This document shows positions 30,847-41,448 of a stretch of 50,169 nucleotides of DNA, piece after piece. Position 1 is the first letter of the stretch. Each line of letters starts with the position of its first letter. The DNA comes from Myxococcota bacterium (GTDB lineage Bacteria; Myxococcota_A; Polyangia; Nannocystales; Nannocystaceae). The DNA lies in the NCBI GenBank assembly GCA_039028615.1, contig JBCCHT010000061.1, positions 1 through 50,169 of the forward strand, written 5' to 3'. The translations under genes and the position numbers were made by a program. The notes under the pieces are model-generated. The model was not told where the DNA came from and searched no databases. It was given only the letters and a program-made list of their open reading frames with translations.

Positions 30847-31506
30847 ATGTCCGCTGCCCGCGAAAAACCCAAGGATTCCAATAAGACGCGCGCCCAGCAG
30901 ATCTTGACGGCGGCCGAGGCGGTGCTGGTCGAGCACGGCTACCCCGGCCTCACCGCCCAGGCGGTGGCCAAGCGGGCGGGCGTGAACAAGGCGTTGGTCT
31001 TCTACTACTGGGGCAGCACGGCCGAGCTGTTCGAACGGGTGCTCGAGCGCTACTACGCCCGACACGAGGCGGCCTTACTCGAGGCGTTCTCCGTCGAGGG
31101 AGACATCCGCGATCGCATCCACCCCATCATCGATGCGTACCTCGACTATATGGAGGCCAACCGTCGCTATACCCGGCTGGTGCAGCACCAGGTCTCTGGT
31201 GAGCAGACCCACCTGCCCGCGGTGCAGCGTCATCTCGCGGGGCTCATGCGGCTGTCGATCGATCGCCTGGCGAGCATCGCCCCCGAGCACGGTCCGTCCT
31301 CGGCCAAGCACCTGTACCTCAGCCTCTCCGCCCTCGTGGTCAACTACTTCACGTACGCCCCCGCGCTGGGCGAGGCGTGGGGCGACGACCCCCTGTCCGA
31401 CGAGGCTCTCGCCGAGCGACGGGCCCATGTCCACTGGGTCGTCGACGCGTGGCTCGAGCACCTGTCGCGAGCCCGCTCGGAGTCGCCCCGCGACCCGCAG
31501 GGGTAG
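30847..31506 (+). CDS. TetR/AcrR-family transcriptional regulator
   Basis: ILTAAEAVLVEHGYPGLTAQAVAKRAGVNKALVFYYW. Confidence 0.95.
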   Translation: MSAAREKPKDSNKTRAQQILTAAEAVLVEHGYPGLTAQAVAKRAGVNKALVFYYWGSTAELFERVLERYYARHEAALLEAFSVEGDIRDRIHPIIDAYLDYMEANRRYTRLVQHQVSGEQTHLPAVQRHLAGLMRLSIDRLASIAPEHGPSSAKHLYLSLSALVVNYFTYAPALGEAWGDDPLSDEALAERRAHVHWVVDAWLEHLSRARSESPRDPQG

Positions 31507-31632
31507 CCCGACGAGTAGAATCACGGACGACGCACGCCCGAACGCGCGTCACGATGGAATCTCGACTACGTTCGTTGCAGCAACGGCAGGCCGTTCGAGC
31601 GACGATCGGGTCTCGGTGGCGGCCTGAACCGG

Positions 31633-31666
31633 GCATCCTGCCCCACCGATCGCTGGGGCAGGATGC
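31633..31666. repeat. Perfect 13-bp inverted repeat (hairpin)
   Basis: GCATCCTGCCCCA-CCGATCGC-TGGGGCAGGATGC with no U-tract. Confidence 0.7.
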
Positions 31667-31755
31667 GTCGTAGGACGAGTTTGGGCCGGCACGAAGTGCG
31701 ATGAGCCGCGAGTTTTCGCTTCACCACTCCAGGCAAATCGTCGTAGGAACGGGGC

Positions 31756-32268
31756 ATGAACCCGGCTACCCCCATCGTAGGTGCCCTCGTCGTCGCCATG
31801 AGCCTCGTGGCTTGCAAGCCCAAGACTCCTCCCGCTGCGCCGGCGGAGCCCGAGCCCGCGCCGGCCGTCGAAGCCGAGCCCGAGGCCGCGGCCGCCCCCG
31901 AGGATCCGAGCGATGTGCACATCGAGGGCGATCACCTCGTCATCGACCAGAAGATCCACTTCGCCACCAACAGCGATGAGATTCTCGACGACTCCAACGA
32001 GATCCTCGATCACATCGCGCAGGCCCTCGGCAACCACGAGGAGTTCACCACGCTGCACGTGGTCGGTCATACCGACGCCAGCGGCGGCCACGACCACAAC
32101 CAAGACCTCTCCGAGCGCCGTGCCGCGGCCGTCGTCGCCGCCCTCGCGCAGCGTGGCGTGACCCAGAAGGTCGACTCCCGCGGCGCGGGCGAGACCGAGC
32201 CCATGTGCAGCGACGACACCGACGAGTGCCACGAGCAGAACCGTCGGGTCGAGTTCATCGTCGAATAA
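31756..32268 (+). CDS. OmpA-family peptidoglycan-binding lipoprotein
   Basis: Lipobox LVAC, IHFATNS, VVGHTD..G..NQDLSERRA and NRRVEF. Confidence 0.95.
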   Translation: MNPATPIVGALVVAMSLVACKPKTPPAAPAEPEPAPAVEAEPEAAAAPEDPSDVHIEGDHLVIDQKIHFATNSDEILDDSNEILDHIAQALGNHEEFTTLHVVGHTDASGGHDHNQDLSERRAAAVVAALAQRGVTQKVDSRGAGETEPMCSDDTDECHEQNRRVEFIVE

Positions 32269-32277
32269 GCTCGACGC

Positions 32278-34221
32278 TCAGTGGGCGAGGGCCGGCCGCG
32301 ACTGCGTGCCCGGCCCTCGCGCGATCCAGGCGTCGACTCGCTCGCGGAGCACGGGCAAGGGCAGCGGCCCGCCTCCCAGCACGACGTCGTGAAACTCGGC
32401 GAGTTCGAAGCGCTCGCCCAACGCTGCCTCGGCCGCCCGTCGCATCTCCCAGATCTGGAGCTGGCCGATCTTGTAGCCCAGGGCCTGACCCGGCCACCCG
32501 ATATAGCGATCGACCTCGTTTTCGATGTTGGTCGGCGTCAGGGCGGTGTGCTCGAGCATGAACGCCTCGGCCTGTGCGCGGGTCCAGCCTTTGGCGTGGA
32601 TGCCCGTGTCGACCACCAACCGAGCCGCACGCCAGGCATCGAAGCTCAGCATGCCCATGCGGTCGAGGTCGTCTTCGTAAAGGCCCATCTCCTCGGCGAG
32701 GCGCTCGGTATACAGCGCCCAGCCCTCCACGTAGGCCCCGTACCCGGAGTGGCGTCGAAAGGCGGGCAGCGCCGCCAGCTCCTGCGAGATGGCGATCTGC
32801 AGGTGATGCCCCGGAATCGACTCGTGCACCGCCAGCACGCGCGCCTCGAAGCGCGGACGAGTGGTCGGCGCGTAGACGTTGATGAAGTACTCCCCCGGCT
32901 TGGAGCCGTCGGTGTGCGGCGGGTTGTAGTAGCCGATGTGGGTCTGCGGGGCGGAGTGGCCCGGCACGCGCCGCACCACGCAATCGGCTCGGGGCAAGAT
33001 GCCGAAGAAGCCGGGCATCGCCTCCTTGGCCAGCGCCAGCCCCTTCACCGCGGCCGCCTCGACCTCGTCGCTGTCGGCAAAGTAGAGCGTGGGGTCTTCG
33101 CGAAGGCGAGCGACGGTCTCGGCCAGGCTCTGGGTGCCCAGCGCCGTGCGACCCAGCGCAGCGATCTCCTCGTCGAGCTTGGCGATCTCGTCCAGCCCGA
33201 TGTCGTGCACCTCGACGGCCGAAAACGGCATGGTCGTGTACTCGTGGATCTTGGCCTCGTAGCACCGACGACCCAGCGCCAGCGCGCCCAGCCCGGGCGC
33301 CTCCGGGCCGCGGGCGATGGGCAAGAGGCGATCACGAACGAAGTCTCGGTAGCGCACGAACGCAGGATGGACGACCTCGGTCAGCGCGTTCCGTAGCTCC
33401 CCCGCGATGCGGCGACGATCGTCCTCGGGCCACTCCGTGGGCAAGCGAACGATCGGCTCGAGCATCGACCACTGCTCCACGGGCTCGGCCAGCCGCCCCT
33501 CGATGAGCTCGAGCAGTCGCGACAACGAGCGCGCATTGGCGACCAACCCGTCGGCGGCCCCGCGCTCCAGCGCTTCGAGTTCCTGGTCGACGAGCGGACC
33601 CACCGCCCGATAGCGCGCCACCAGGTTGGCCCCGTCTTGCGGCGTCTCGAGCACGAAGCCTTCGTGCAGGCCGAGCGCCTCGCCGACCGGGTTTTGGTGT
33701 ACATGGATGTTCCACTCGCGATCGCGGCAGACCTCGTTCTTCGCCTCTCGCTGGAGCTTGTCGACGAACAATGCGTGGGTGATGCGGTCCGACTCCGACA
33801 GCGACGCGACGTCGATTTCGAGCACGCGGGCGAGGAACGACGCGCGGTTCTTTCGGTAGCGCGCGCGGGCGTCTTTGGAGCGATCGTCGAGTCGGTCGTC
33901 GTAGTCGTGCACCCCCAGACGCGTGGCCGTGGTCGGTGACTGCTCGAGGTGGTACGCCCAGTGGTCACGCAACACGGCGGCGAGCACCGCGTTGGTCACT
34001 CCGGTCGCCGCCGACTCGACTTCCGCCTCGTGGGCGGGGCTGGCCGTCGCGACCACGGCCGGATCACTCGCAGCCGGGCGGGAGGACCCGGTATCCGCCG
34101 CGGTCGAGGGCCGGCACGCAACGAGAGCCGACAGCAGCGCGACGCCGCTCATGTACTGCAGCACGCCCGGCGTCGTGGTCCACCTGCTCGTCGTTGCGGT
34201 TGCCCTTTTGCTCCCGTTCAT
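32278..34221 (-). CDS. DUF885-family lipoprotein (putative metallopeptidase)
   Basis: LVAC lipobox, HESIPGHHLQ, EGWALYTE, RAARLVVDTGIH and PGQALGYK. Start is 34221 or 34152. Confidence 0.92.
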   Translation of the reverse strand: MNGSKRATATTSRWTTTPGVLQYMSGVALLSALVACRPSTAADTGSSRPAASDPAVVATASPAHEAEVESAATGVTNAVLAAVLRDHWAYHLEQSPTTATRLGVHDYDDRLDDRSKDARARYRKNRASFLARVLEIDVASLSESDRITHALFVDKLQREAKNEVCRDREWNIHVHQNPVGEALGLHEGFVLETPQDGANLVARYRAVGPLVDQELEALERGAADGLVANARSLSRLLELIEGRLAEPVEQWSMLEPIVRLPTEWPEDDRRRIAGELRNALTEVVHPAFVRYRDFVRDRLLPIARGPEAPGLGALALGRRCYEAKIHEYTTMPFSAVEVHDIGLDEIAKLDEEIAALGRTALGTQSLAETVARLREDPTLYFADSDEVEAAAVKGLALAKEAMPGFFGILPRADCVVRRVPGHSAPQTHIGYYNPPHTDGSKPGEYFINVYAPTTRPRFEARVLAVHESIPGHHLQIAISQELAALPAFRRHSGYGAYVEGWALYTERLAEEMGLYEDDLDRMGMLSFDAWRAARLVVDTGIHAKGWTRAQAEAFMLEHTALTPTNIENEVDRYIGWPGQALGYKIGQLQIWEMRRAAEAALGERFELAEFHDVVLGGGPLPLPVLRERVDAWIARGPGTQSRPALAH

Positions 34222-34672
34222 GCCCTTCGCTATCGCATTGCTGCGGCGCCGTGGCCACCGCCTCCGTCGCGATCTCGACCACGGTTTTCGACCGCACTGT
34301 GAAGTCGCGTTCGCGGTGCCGACGAAGGGTCGTTGGCACATTGGGATAAACGCGAGCGAGACCGCGCCACCCCACGCGAAACCAAGTTGGTCCACTGTTG
34401 GTCTGTTCGATGGGGAACCGTCCACCGTTCGCCGAGGCCGTGATGTCGGCTGTCAACCAACCGGTAGGTGGAACGCCAAAACACACAAAGACCCCACGAA
34501 AATCGGGCGCAACGACACCTCCGCGCTTGGGGGGCAGCCCAGGACCGGGTACCGTCCCCACACTCGAACGCCGTCGAGTACCGGTTGGTCGCGTCGGCGT
34601 TCGACCGCGGAATAGATTCGACGGCGGGCGTCTTTTCTCTGCCCCCGACCGCTTAGCCAAGGACAAGATACC

Positions 34673-36862
34673 GTGAAGCTCACTTCTTCTACCGCAGTCA
34701 TCGCTGCCATGCTGGCCCTCACCGGCTGCCCCAGCGACGACGTCCCCACCGATACCGATAACGCCAGCAGCACCGGTGACGCCACCACCAGCGGCGGCGT
34801 CGAGATGACCACGACCACCACGGCCACCACCGATGTGGACACCACCGTGGCCGCCGACAGCTCCAGCAGCGGCGTCGACCCCAGCGACACCGAGGCCGAG
34901 GAGAGCTCGAGCGACGACGGACCGCCGCCCGCCGAAGAGGCGGACTTCGTGGTCACCATCGAGAACGTCTCCAACACCGGCCTGTTCTTCAGCCCGCTGT
35001 CGCCGGGCATGTGGGCCAACCACGAAGCCAACGCCGACGCGATCTTCCAGACCGGCGTGATGGACGATGGCGAGGGCCTCGAGGCGCTCGCCGAGGACGG
35101 CGATCCGACCGCGCTGTCGGCCGCCGTCGGTGGCCACCCCGACGTCCTCCAGACCGGTGTCTTCGATACCCCCGTCGACGGGGGCAAGGCCGGCGGGCTG
35201 CTGCCCGGCGACCGCTACGAGTTCACCTTCACCGCGCAGCCCGGCACCCGGCTGTCGCTGGCCACCATGCTCGTGGGCTCCAACGACCTGTTCGTGGGCT
35301 CGGGCCCGGTGGGCATCAGCCTCTTCGCCGGTGGCGGTCAGCCGCTCGGCGAGCGCGACGTGAGCAGCAGCCTCCGCATCTGGGATGCGGGCACCGAGAT
35401 CACGCAGGCGCCGGGCCAGGGCCCCTCGCAGGCGATTCACGGTGGTGCGCCCGACATCGGTCCCCCCGAGGTCGGCGCGGGCGTGTTCCCGCACGGGTCC
35501 TCCACCCGCGCCATCCCGCTCGGCCCCGATCTGATCGACGTGCAGGTGGCCGACGACCCGAAGAACCCGGGCACCTTCATCATCACGATCACCAACACCT
35601 CGTTGGACCGCGGCACCCTGGTCACGGCTCTGTCGCCGATCGTCTGGGCCCTGCACAACGACGCGATCGAGTTCTTCACCGAGGGCATGCCCGCCTCCGG
35701 GCCCATCGAGGCGCTGGCCGAGGACGGCCAGGCCGGGCCTTTGGCCGGGCTGCTGGGCGGTTCGGCCGACGTCGAGTTCAGCGGAGTCCTCGACGGCCCC
35801 GCGGGCATCGACGCCCCGATCCTGCCCAACGACTCGGTCGAGTTCACCATCACCCCGACGGCCGACTTCCCGTACCTCAACCTCGCCACCATGGTCGTGC
35901 AGTCGAACGACGCCTTCCTCTCGGTGGGTCAGGTCGGCGAAGGCACCATCTCGGGCGTCCCGCTCTTCGACGAGGCGGGCACCGTGCGTGACAACCAGGA
36001 CATCGAGGCCGACATCCTGGCCCACCTCACCCCCTGGGACGCGGGCACCGAGCTCAACGAGGCGCCGGGCGTGGGTCTCAACCAGCAGCCCCGGCAGGCG
36101 GGCCTGAACACGGGCGACCCCGACCCGCAGAGCGACATGGTTCGTCGCTACTCCGACGTCAGCAACGACCTCGGAGGCGAGAACGCGGGCGGCTTCCTGC
36201 AGGTGACCGTGGCCGAGGACGCCGGCGACTTCACCATCACAATCAACAACACCAGCAACAACACCGTCTTCCCGGGCTTCCTGGCGGAGACGCTGTGGGT
36301 GGTGCACGACGACACCGTGGGCCTGTTCGAGCTCGGCATGCCGGCCAGCCCCGGGCTGGAGCTGCTCGCCGAGGACGGCGACCCCACCGGTCTGCTGGGC
36401 GAGGTCATGCCCGGAGCCGGCATCGCGGACTCGGGTGTGGTCAACGTGCCCGTCGGCGGTGGCCCGGCGGGCAACATCGCCCCGGGTGAGGCCTTCGAGT
36501 TCACGGTGACTCCGGACGCGACGCATCGCTTCCTGAGCTTCGCGGGCATGATCGTCCCCAGCAACGACACCTTCGCCGCCCTCGATCCGGGTGGTGTGGC
36601 GCTCATCGACGCTGGCGGTGCCCTGCGCACGCCGGAGGCCGTGGCCGCCGACATCAGCACGCAGCTGCGTGGCTGGGACGCGGGCACCGAGCGCAACCAG
36701 GCCGGTGGTGCAGGTCGTGACATGGCTCCGGTGGGCATGCCCAACACCGGGCCCTCCAACGGCGACGGCCTCGTGCGCGATGCTGCCGACGACGCGGTGT
36801 GGTCGCTGCCCGCAGCCGACGGCGTCATCCGAGTCATCGTCGCGCCCGCGAGCGATCGCTAG
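34673..36862 (+). CDS. Lipoprotein with three tandem Spondin_N-like domains
   Basis: Lipobox LTGC and three copies of (L/I)E.LAEDG...M.V.SND.F...WDAGTE. Confidence 0.9.
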   Translation: MKLTSSTAVIAAMLALTGCPSDDVPTDTDNASSTGDATTSGGVEMTTTTTATTDVDTTVAADSSSSGVDPSDTEAEESSSDDGPPPAEEADFVVTIENVSNTGLFFSPLSPGMWANHEANADAIFQTGVMDDGEGLEALAEDGDPTALSAAVGGHPDVLQTGVFDTPVDGGKAGGLLPGDRYEFTFTAQPGTRLSLATMLVGSNDLFVGSGPVGISLFAGGGQPLGERDVSSSLRIWDAGTEITQAPGQGPSQAIHGGAPDIGPPEVGAGVFPHGSSTRAIPLGPDLIDVQVADDPKNPGTFIITITNTSLDRGTLVTALSPIVWALHNDAIEFFTEGMPASGPIEALAEDGQAGPLAGLLGGSADVEFSGVLDGPAGIDAPILPNDSVEFTITPTADFPYLNLATMVVQSNDAFLSVGQVGEGTISGVPLFDEAGTVRDNQDIEADILAHLTPWDAGTELNEAPGVGLNQQPRQAGLNTGDPDPQSDMVRRYSDVSNDLGGENAGGFLQVTVAEDAGDFTITINNTSNNTVFPGFLAETLWVVHDDTVGLFELGMPASPGLELLAEDGDPTGLLGEVMPGAGIADSGVVNVPVGGGPAGNIAPGEAFEFTVTPDATHRFLSFAGMIVPSNDTFAALDPGGVALIDAGGALRTPEAVAADISTQLRGWDAGTERNQAGGAGRDMAPVGMPNTGPSNGDGLVRDAADDAVWSLPAADGVIRVIVAPASDR

Positions 36863-36895
36863 GTAGAAACCCCACGCCCTCGAAGCGGCGTTCTG

Positions 36896-36927
36896 AAGGC
36901 CGGTCCCCTCGCGGGGCCGGCCTTTTT
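36896..36927 (+). terminator. Rho-independent terminator
   Basis: AAGGCCGG-T-CCCC-TCGC-GGGG-CCGGCC-TTTTT after the spondin gene. Confidence 0.8.
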
Positions 36928-36974
36928 GCATGCGCGCCCACTGCCCCAACAAAGCGCGTTATCGTCTCCACTTC

Positions 36975-37769
36975 ATGACACGCGCTTGGCCTCTCGTACT
37001 GTCGCTCGGCGGCCTGCTCACCGCATGTGCGGGCGGTAGCGAAACCGACACCACCACCGCCAATCTCGCAGGAAGCAGCACGGGCGAGCCCACGCCCAGC
37101 GAGTCCACCACGGGCGAGCCGACCCCGGCTCCCACCCCCATGGAGGACACGACCACCACCGATCCGGGGCCCGTGGACTCGAGCGACGACGGCGGCACCA
37201 CGACGGAGGCCGACTCGGGCAGCAGCGACGAAGGCTGCACCCCGGGCACCCTGGACTGCGGCTGCGACGACGGCATGACGTGTGCGGGCGAGCTTCTGTG
37301 CCTCGGCGGCGTCTGCCAGGACGCCCAGTGCGGCGGCGACATCCACGAGCCCAACGACGACGAGGGCAACGCGGTGTACCTCGGCGAGATCGACGACAGC
37401 GACGACAGCGGCGGCGTCTTCTCCGGCTCGCTGCACCACGATGGCGACGTCGACTGGTTCCGCTACCAGGGCGACGACGACTTCACCGGCAACGTCGACC
37501 CCGCGCGCCAGCTGGTGTCCTCGGGTGCGGTTCGGCTCTGCAAGTTCCTCGAGTGCGACAACGGGATCTCCGAGACCGAGTTCGAATGCCCGCCCGGCAC
37601 CTCGTACGCCCTGTCGCCCATGGCCCGACCTGGCTGCTGCGCCACGGGAGACGTCGAGCTCCCCGATCTCAACTGCGCGGGCGTCTCCGAGGACAACGCG
37701 ATGGTCTACATCCGCGTCGACCAGCCCGAGGACACCTGCGTGACCTATAGCGTCGCCTACCACTACTGA
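36975..37769 (+). CDS. Cys-rich acidic lipoprotein
   Basis: Lipobox LLTAC, Thr-rich linker, CTPGTLDCGC, DIHEPND and GDVDWF (PPC-like Ca-binding motifs). Confidence 0.8.
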   Translation: MTRAWPLVLSLGGLLTACAGGSETDTTTANLAGSSTGEPTPSESTTGEPTPAPTPMEDTTTTDPGPVDSSDDGGTTTEADSGSSDEGCTPGTLDCGCDDGMTCAGELLCLGGVCQDAQCGGDIHEPNDDEGNAVYLGEIDDSDDSGGVFSGSLHHDGDVDWFRYQGDDDFTGNVDPARQLVSSGAVRLCKFLECDNGISETEFECPPGTSYALSPMARPGCCATGDVELPDLNCAGVSEDNAMVYIRVDQPEDTCVTYSVAYHY

Positions 37770-37776
37770 GCCCGCC

Positions 37777-38655
37777 ATGGTCGACTACGTCGGACGCATC
37801 TTCCGGCCTCCGAGCGAGGCCCCCAGCTTCCTGCTGCAGGTCACCATCGGCTGTAGCCACAATCGCTGTGCCTACTGCGACATGTACCGGGACAAGCAGT
37901 TTCGGCCCAAGCCCTGGGAGACGGTGCAGGCCGACATCGACGAGGCGGCGGCGATGGGCCCCCGCTTTCGTCGCGTGTTCCTGTGCGATGGCGACGCGCT
38001 CATCCTGCCCACCCGCAAGCTGCTGCGCATCCTCGAGGAGGTTCGCGACAAGCTGCCGTGGGTCGAGCGCGTCGGGGTCTACGGCGACACCCGCAGCGTG
38101 GGGCGCAAGAGCGTCGAGGAGCTCACCGCCCTGCGCGAGGCGGGCTTGGGCATCGTCTACCACGGCATGGAATCGGGCGACGACGAGACGCTGGTCCGCA
38201 TCGACAAGGGCGGGACGGCCGAGCAGTGCGTCGAGACGGCGGCCAAGCTGCGCGAGGCGGGCATCACCCACTCGGTGATGGTCCTGCTGGGCATCGGGGG
38301 CGTCGACCGCAGCCGCGAGCACGCGGCCAACACCGCGGCCGTGCTCAGCCGCATGGACCCTCCCTACGTGGGTACGCTGACCACCACCGTCGTGCCCGGC
38401 ACTCCCCTGGCCCAGCTGGAGAGCCGCGGAGATTTCAGCCTGCCGCCCAAGTTCACGATGCTGCAGGAGCTGCGCGACATCGTGGCCGGCAGCGACTTCT
38501 CGAAGTGCCGCTTCTCGGCCAACCACGCCAGCAACTACCTGCCGATCCGCGCCGACCTGCCCTCGCACAAGGCCCCCCTGGTCGAGATGCTCGACCAGGT
38601 GCTCGAGGTCCAGGACGAATCCCTGCTCAAGCCCGAGGCCCTGCGCGGCCTCTGA
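37777..38655 (+). CDS. Radical SAM protein
   Basis: RPPSEA..LLQVTIGCSHNRCAYC (CxxxCxxC), GMESGDD and ANHASNY. Confidence 0.93.
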   Translation: MVDYVGRIFRPPSEAPSFLLQVTIGCSHNRCAYCDMYRDKQFRPKPWETVQADIDEAAAMGPRFRRVFLCDGDALILPTRKLLRILEEVRDKLPWVERVGVYGDTRSVGRKSVEELTALREAGLGIVYHGMESGDDETLVRIDKGGTAEQCVETAAKLREAGITHSVMVLLGIGGVDRSREHAANTAAVLSRMDPPYVGTLTTTVVPGTPLAQLESRGDFSLPPKFTMLQELRDIVAGSDFSKCRFSANHASNYLPIRADLPSHKAPLVEMLDQVLEVQDESLLKPEALRGL

Positions 38656-38665
38656 GCGGCCCTCG

Positions 38666-40945
38666 CTACTGTGCGGCCTTGACCACGCGGCGCTCCTGGG
38701 CCTGGACCACGGTGAGCGCCGTCATCAGCACGATGGAGTCGACGTCGCAGTCGCGCTCGAGCACGGTCACCGGGTGCGCCATGCCCAACAGCACCGGGCC
38801 CACGACCGTCTGGTTGCCCAGCTCGCGCATGAGCTTGTAGGCGATGTTGCCCGCGTCGAGGTTGGGGAACACCAACACGTTGGCCGGACCGGTGAGCTTG
38901 GAGAACGGGAAGATGCGGCGCTGCAGCGCGTAGTCCAGCGCGACGTTGGCTTGAATCTCGCCTTCGACCTCGAGATCGGGGCGCCGCGCCTGCAGGGCGC
39001 GGGTGGCCTCGACGACCTTGCGCACCTCGGGGTGCTGGGTCGAACCGAAGCTCGACAGGCTCAGCATGGCCACGCGGGGCTCGATGTCGAAGGTCGCCGC
39101 GGCATCGGCCACCATCTCGGCCACGTCGGCCAGGACCTCCGCATCGGCGTCGAGGTTGACCGTGGTGTCGGCGAAGAGCAGCAGCTCGCGCTGGTGCAGC
39201 ACGAGGTACATGCCCGCCGTACGCCGCACGCCCGGAGCCATCCCCAAGATCTGCAAGGCGGGCCGAATCACGTCGGGATAGTGCGCGTTGATGCCGGAGA
39301 CGATGCCCTCCGCCCTGCCCTCGAGCACCATCATCATGCCGAAGTGGTTGCGCCAGCGCATGCGCTGCTCGGCCTCCTTGCGGTCGATGCCCTTGCGCTG
39401 GCGGCTGGCGTAGAAGGTCTCGACGTACTCGGACAGCTTGGGGTCGTTGTGCTGATCGACCAGCTCGACCTGATCGAGATCGATCGCGATGTCGTGCTCG
39501 GCCACCACCTTGCGAATCCGGTCCTGGTTGCCGAGCAAGATCGGCCGGGCCACGCCCTCGTCCAGCAAGATCGAGCACGCACGGAGGATGCGCGGGTCGT
39601 CGCCCTCGGGGAACACGATGCGCTGCGGTCGGTTGCTGGCCTGCTTGATGAAGCGGCGAATCAGCGTGCTCGACTGCCCCAGCAGCGTGCGTAGGTGCTC
39701 GCGATAGTGCTCTTGGTCGAAGCTCTCGATGCCCGCGACCCCGGAGTCCACCGCCGCCTGGGCCACGGCGGGAGCGACCCAGTGCAGCACCCGGGGATCG
39801 AAGGGCTTGGGAATGATGTAGTCGGGGCCGAACGAGAAGTCCGAGCCGTAGGCGAGGTTCACCACCCGCGGCACGTCACGGCGAGCGAGCTCGGCGATGG
39901 CCGTCGCCGCGGCCACCTTCATGCTCTCGTCGATCGCGGTCGCCCGCACGTCGAGCGCCCCCCGGAAGATGAAGGGGAAGCCGAGCACGTTGTTGACCTG
40001 GTTGTTGAAGTCGCTACGCCCGGTGGCCACGATCGCGTCGGGCCGCGCCGCCTTGGCCACGTCGTAGGGAATCTCGGGGTCGGGATTGGCGAGCGCGAAG
40101 ATGATGGGGCGCTCCGCCATCGACTCGACCATTTTCACCGACACCAGACCGCCTACCGACAGCCCCAGCAGCACGTCGGCCCCGACCAAGGCATCGGCCA
40201 GCGTGCGCGCCTCGGTCTTGCGCACGAACTGCGCCTTGATGTCGTTCATCCGCTCGGTGCGGCCCTCGTAGATGACCCCGGTGGAATCGGCCATCAGCAG
40301 GTGCTCGGGCACGACGCCGAGGCTCATGAAGAAGCGCGCACAGGCGACGGCCGAGGCCCCTGCCCCGCTCACCACCACGCGCAGGTCTTCGATCTTCTTG
40401 CCCTGGAGCTGCGCCGCGTTGATGAGCGCCGCCCCGGAGATGATCGCCGTGCCGTGCTGATCGTCGTGGAACACGGGAATCTTCATGCGCTTTTTGAGCT
40501 CGTCCTCGACGTAGAAGCTCTCGGGCGCCTTGATGTCCTCGAGGTTGATGCCGCCGAAGGTCGGCTCGAGGGCGGCGACGACCTCGATGAAGCGATCGGG
40601 GTCGTTGGCATCGAGCTCGAGGTCGAACACGTCGATGTCCGCGAACTTCTTGAAGAGCACGCCCTTGCCCTCCATCACCGGCTTGGCCGCCAAGGGCCCC
40701 AGGTTGCCCAGGCCGAGCACGGCGGTGCCGTTGGTGATCACCGCGACCAGGTTGCCGCGCGCCGTGTACTTGTAGGCCTCGCGCGGGTCTTCTTGGATGG
40801 CCAGGCACGGCTCGGCCACGCCGGGCGAGTACGCCAACGACAAGTCGCGCGCACTGTTGAGCGGCTTGGTGGGTACGACCTCGATCTTCCCCGGTCGTCC
40901 CTGCACGTGGTACTCGAGCGCGTCCTTTCGCCTGATCCTGGCCAT
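38666..40945 (-). CDS. maeB: NADP-dependent malic enzyme with PTA-like domain
   Basis: [47 protein letters not shown] and a C-terminal phosphotransacetylase domain ([12 protein letters not shown]). Confidence 0.97.
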   Translation of the reverse strand: MARIRRKDALEYHVQGRPGKIEVVPTKPLNSARDLSLAYSPGVAEPCLAIQEDPREAYKYTARGNLVAVITNGTAVLGLGNLGPLAAKPVMEGKGVLFKKFADIDVFDLELDANDPDRFIEVVAALEPTFGGINLEDIKAPESFYVEDELKKRMKIPVFHDDQHGTAIISGAALINAAQLQGKKIEDLRVVVSGAGASAVACARFFMSLGVVPEHLLMADSTGVIYEGRTERMNDIKAQFVRKTEARTLADALVGADVLLGLSVGGLVSVKMVESMAERPIIFALANPDPEIPYDVAKAARPDAIVATGRSDFNNQVNNVLGFPFIFRGALDVRATAIDESMKVAAATAIAELARRDVPRVVNLAYGSDFSFGPDYIIPKPFDPRVLHWVAPAVAQAAVDSGVAGIESFDQEHYREHLRTLLGQSSTLIRRFIKQASNRPQRIVFPEGDDPRILRACSILLDEGVARPILLGNQDRIRKVVAEHDIAIDLDQVELVDQHNDPKLSEYVETFYASRQRKGIDRKEAEQRMRWRNHFGMMMVLEGRAEGIVSGINAHYPDVIRPALQILGMAPGVRRTAGMYLVLHQRELLLFADTTVNLDADAEVLADVAEMVADAAATFDIEPRVAMLSLSSFGSTQHPEVRKVVEATRALQARRPDLEVEGEIQANVALDYALQRRIFPFSKLTGPANVLVFPNLDAGNIAYKLMRELGNQTVVGPVLLGMAHPVTVLERDCDVDSIVLMTALTVVQAQERRVVKAAQ

Positions 40946-40953
40946 GTCGGCAA

Positions 40954-40959
40954 ACGGTA
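40954..40959 (-). promoter_or_regulatory. Putative -10 element (TACCGT), leaderless maeB start
   Basis: Lies 8 nt upstream of ATG 40945 with no SD. Confidence 0.5.
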
Positions 40960-41108
40960 GCGCGGAAGTCCGTCGCCTCACCACCGCCGCGCCCCGGCCG
41001 GATCCGGGGCTCATTCGTGCATTCGTGTGCACATGTCTGCGTGGCCTCTGCTGCACACGGGCGGTCGTTCGGTTGTTCGAAGCCTTGCGTTGGCGCCCGC
41101 ATCGCCGC

Positions 41109-41448
41109 GCCATCGCGGGGGCATGGCATCGAACGACGCACTCGATCGCGTCGCGTCGGACTCGATGCACGTGCGGCTCGAACTACGGTGGTTCACCGAT
41201 GCACCCGACTGCCTCGGGTCGTTTCCACAGGACGTTCCGAGTCGACCCGCGGGGCACCGCGACGCGGTCGACGTCGCGCCGAGCGGACGCGTGGACACGG
41301 ACGCACCGAGCAACATCCATGCAACTTCTCGAGCCCGCCCGGCGTGTGTTTCAGCCCGTCGTGTCGGCGACCCAACGACCACGCCTCGACGACTGTGATG
41401 CTTCGTGGCCGACCTCGTCGGGGCGTCGGTGCATGCCCCCGCCATGGC
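41109..41448. other. 340-nt segment bounded by a 17-bp inverted repeat (16/17 match) inside a 1.2-kb intergenic region
   Basis: GCCATCGCGGGGGCATG (41109-41125) pairs with CATGCCCCCGCCATGGC (41432-41448). Confidence 0.45.

Noticed and set aside
34064..36952. 962-aa minus-strand ORF
   Set aside because: Antisense shadow of the spondin lipoprotein.
41123..41398. 91-aa ORF within the inverted-repeat-bounded segment
   Set aside because: Atypical codon pattern and no recognisable motif, so it cannot be supported as a gene.
41117..41444. GGGGGCA...TGCCCCC-G-CCA resembling a tmRNA acceptor stem about 330 nt apart
   Set aside because: No G3-U wobble, the discriminator is G, and there is no T arm or tag ORF. 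The pairing extends beyond CCA, so it is simply an inverted repeat.
41109..41448. Possible retron msr/msd a1-a2 repeats
   Set aside because: No reverse transcriptase is encoded nearby.
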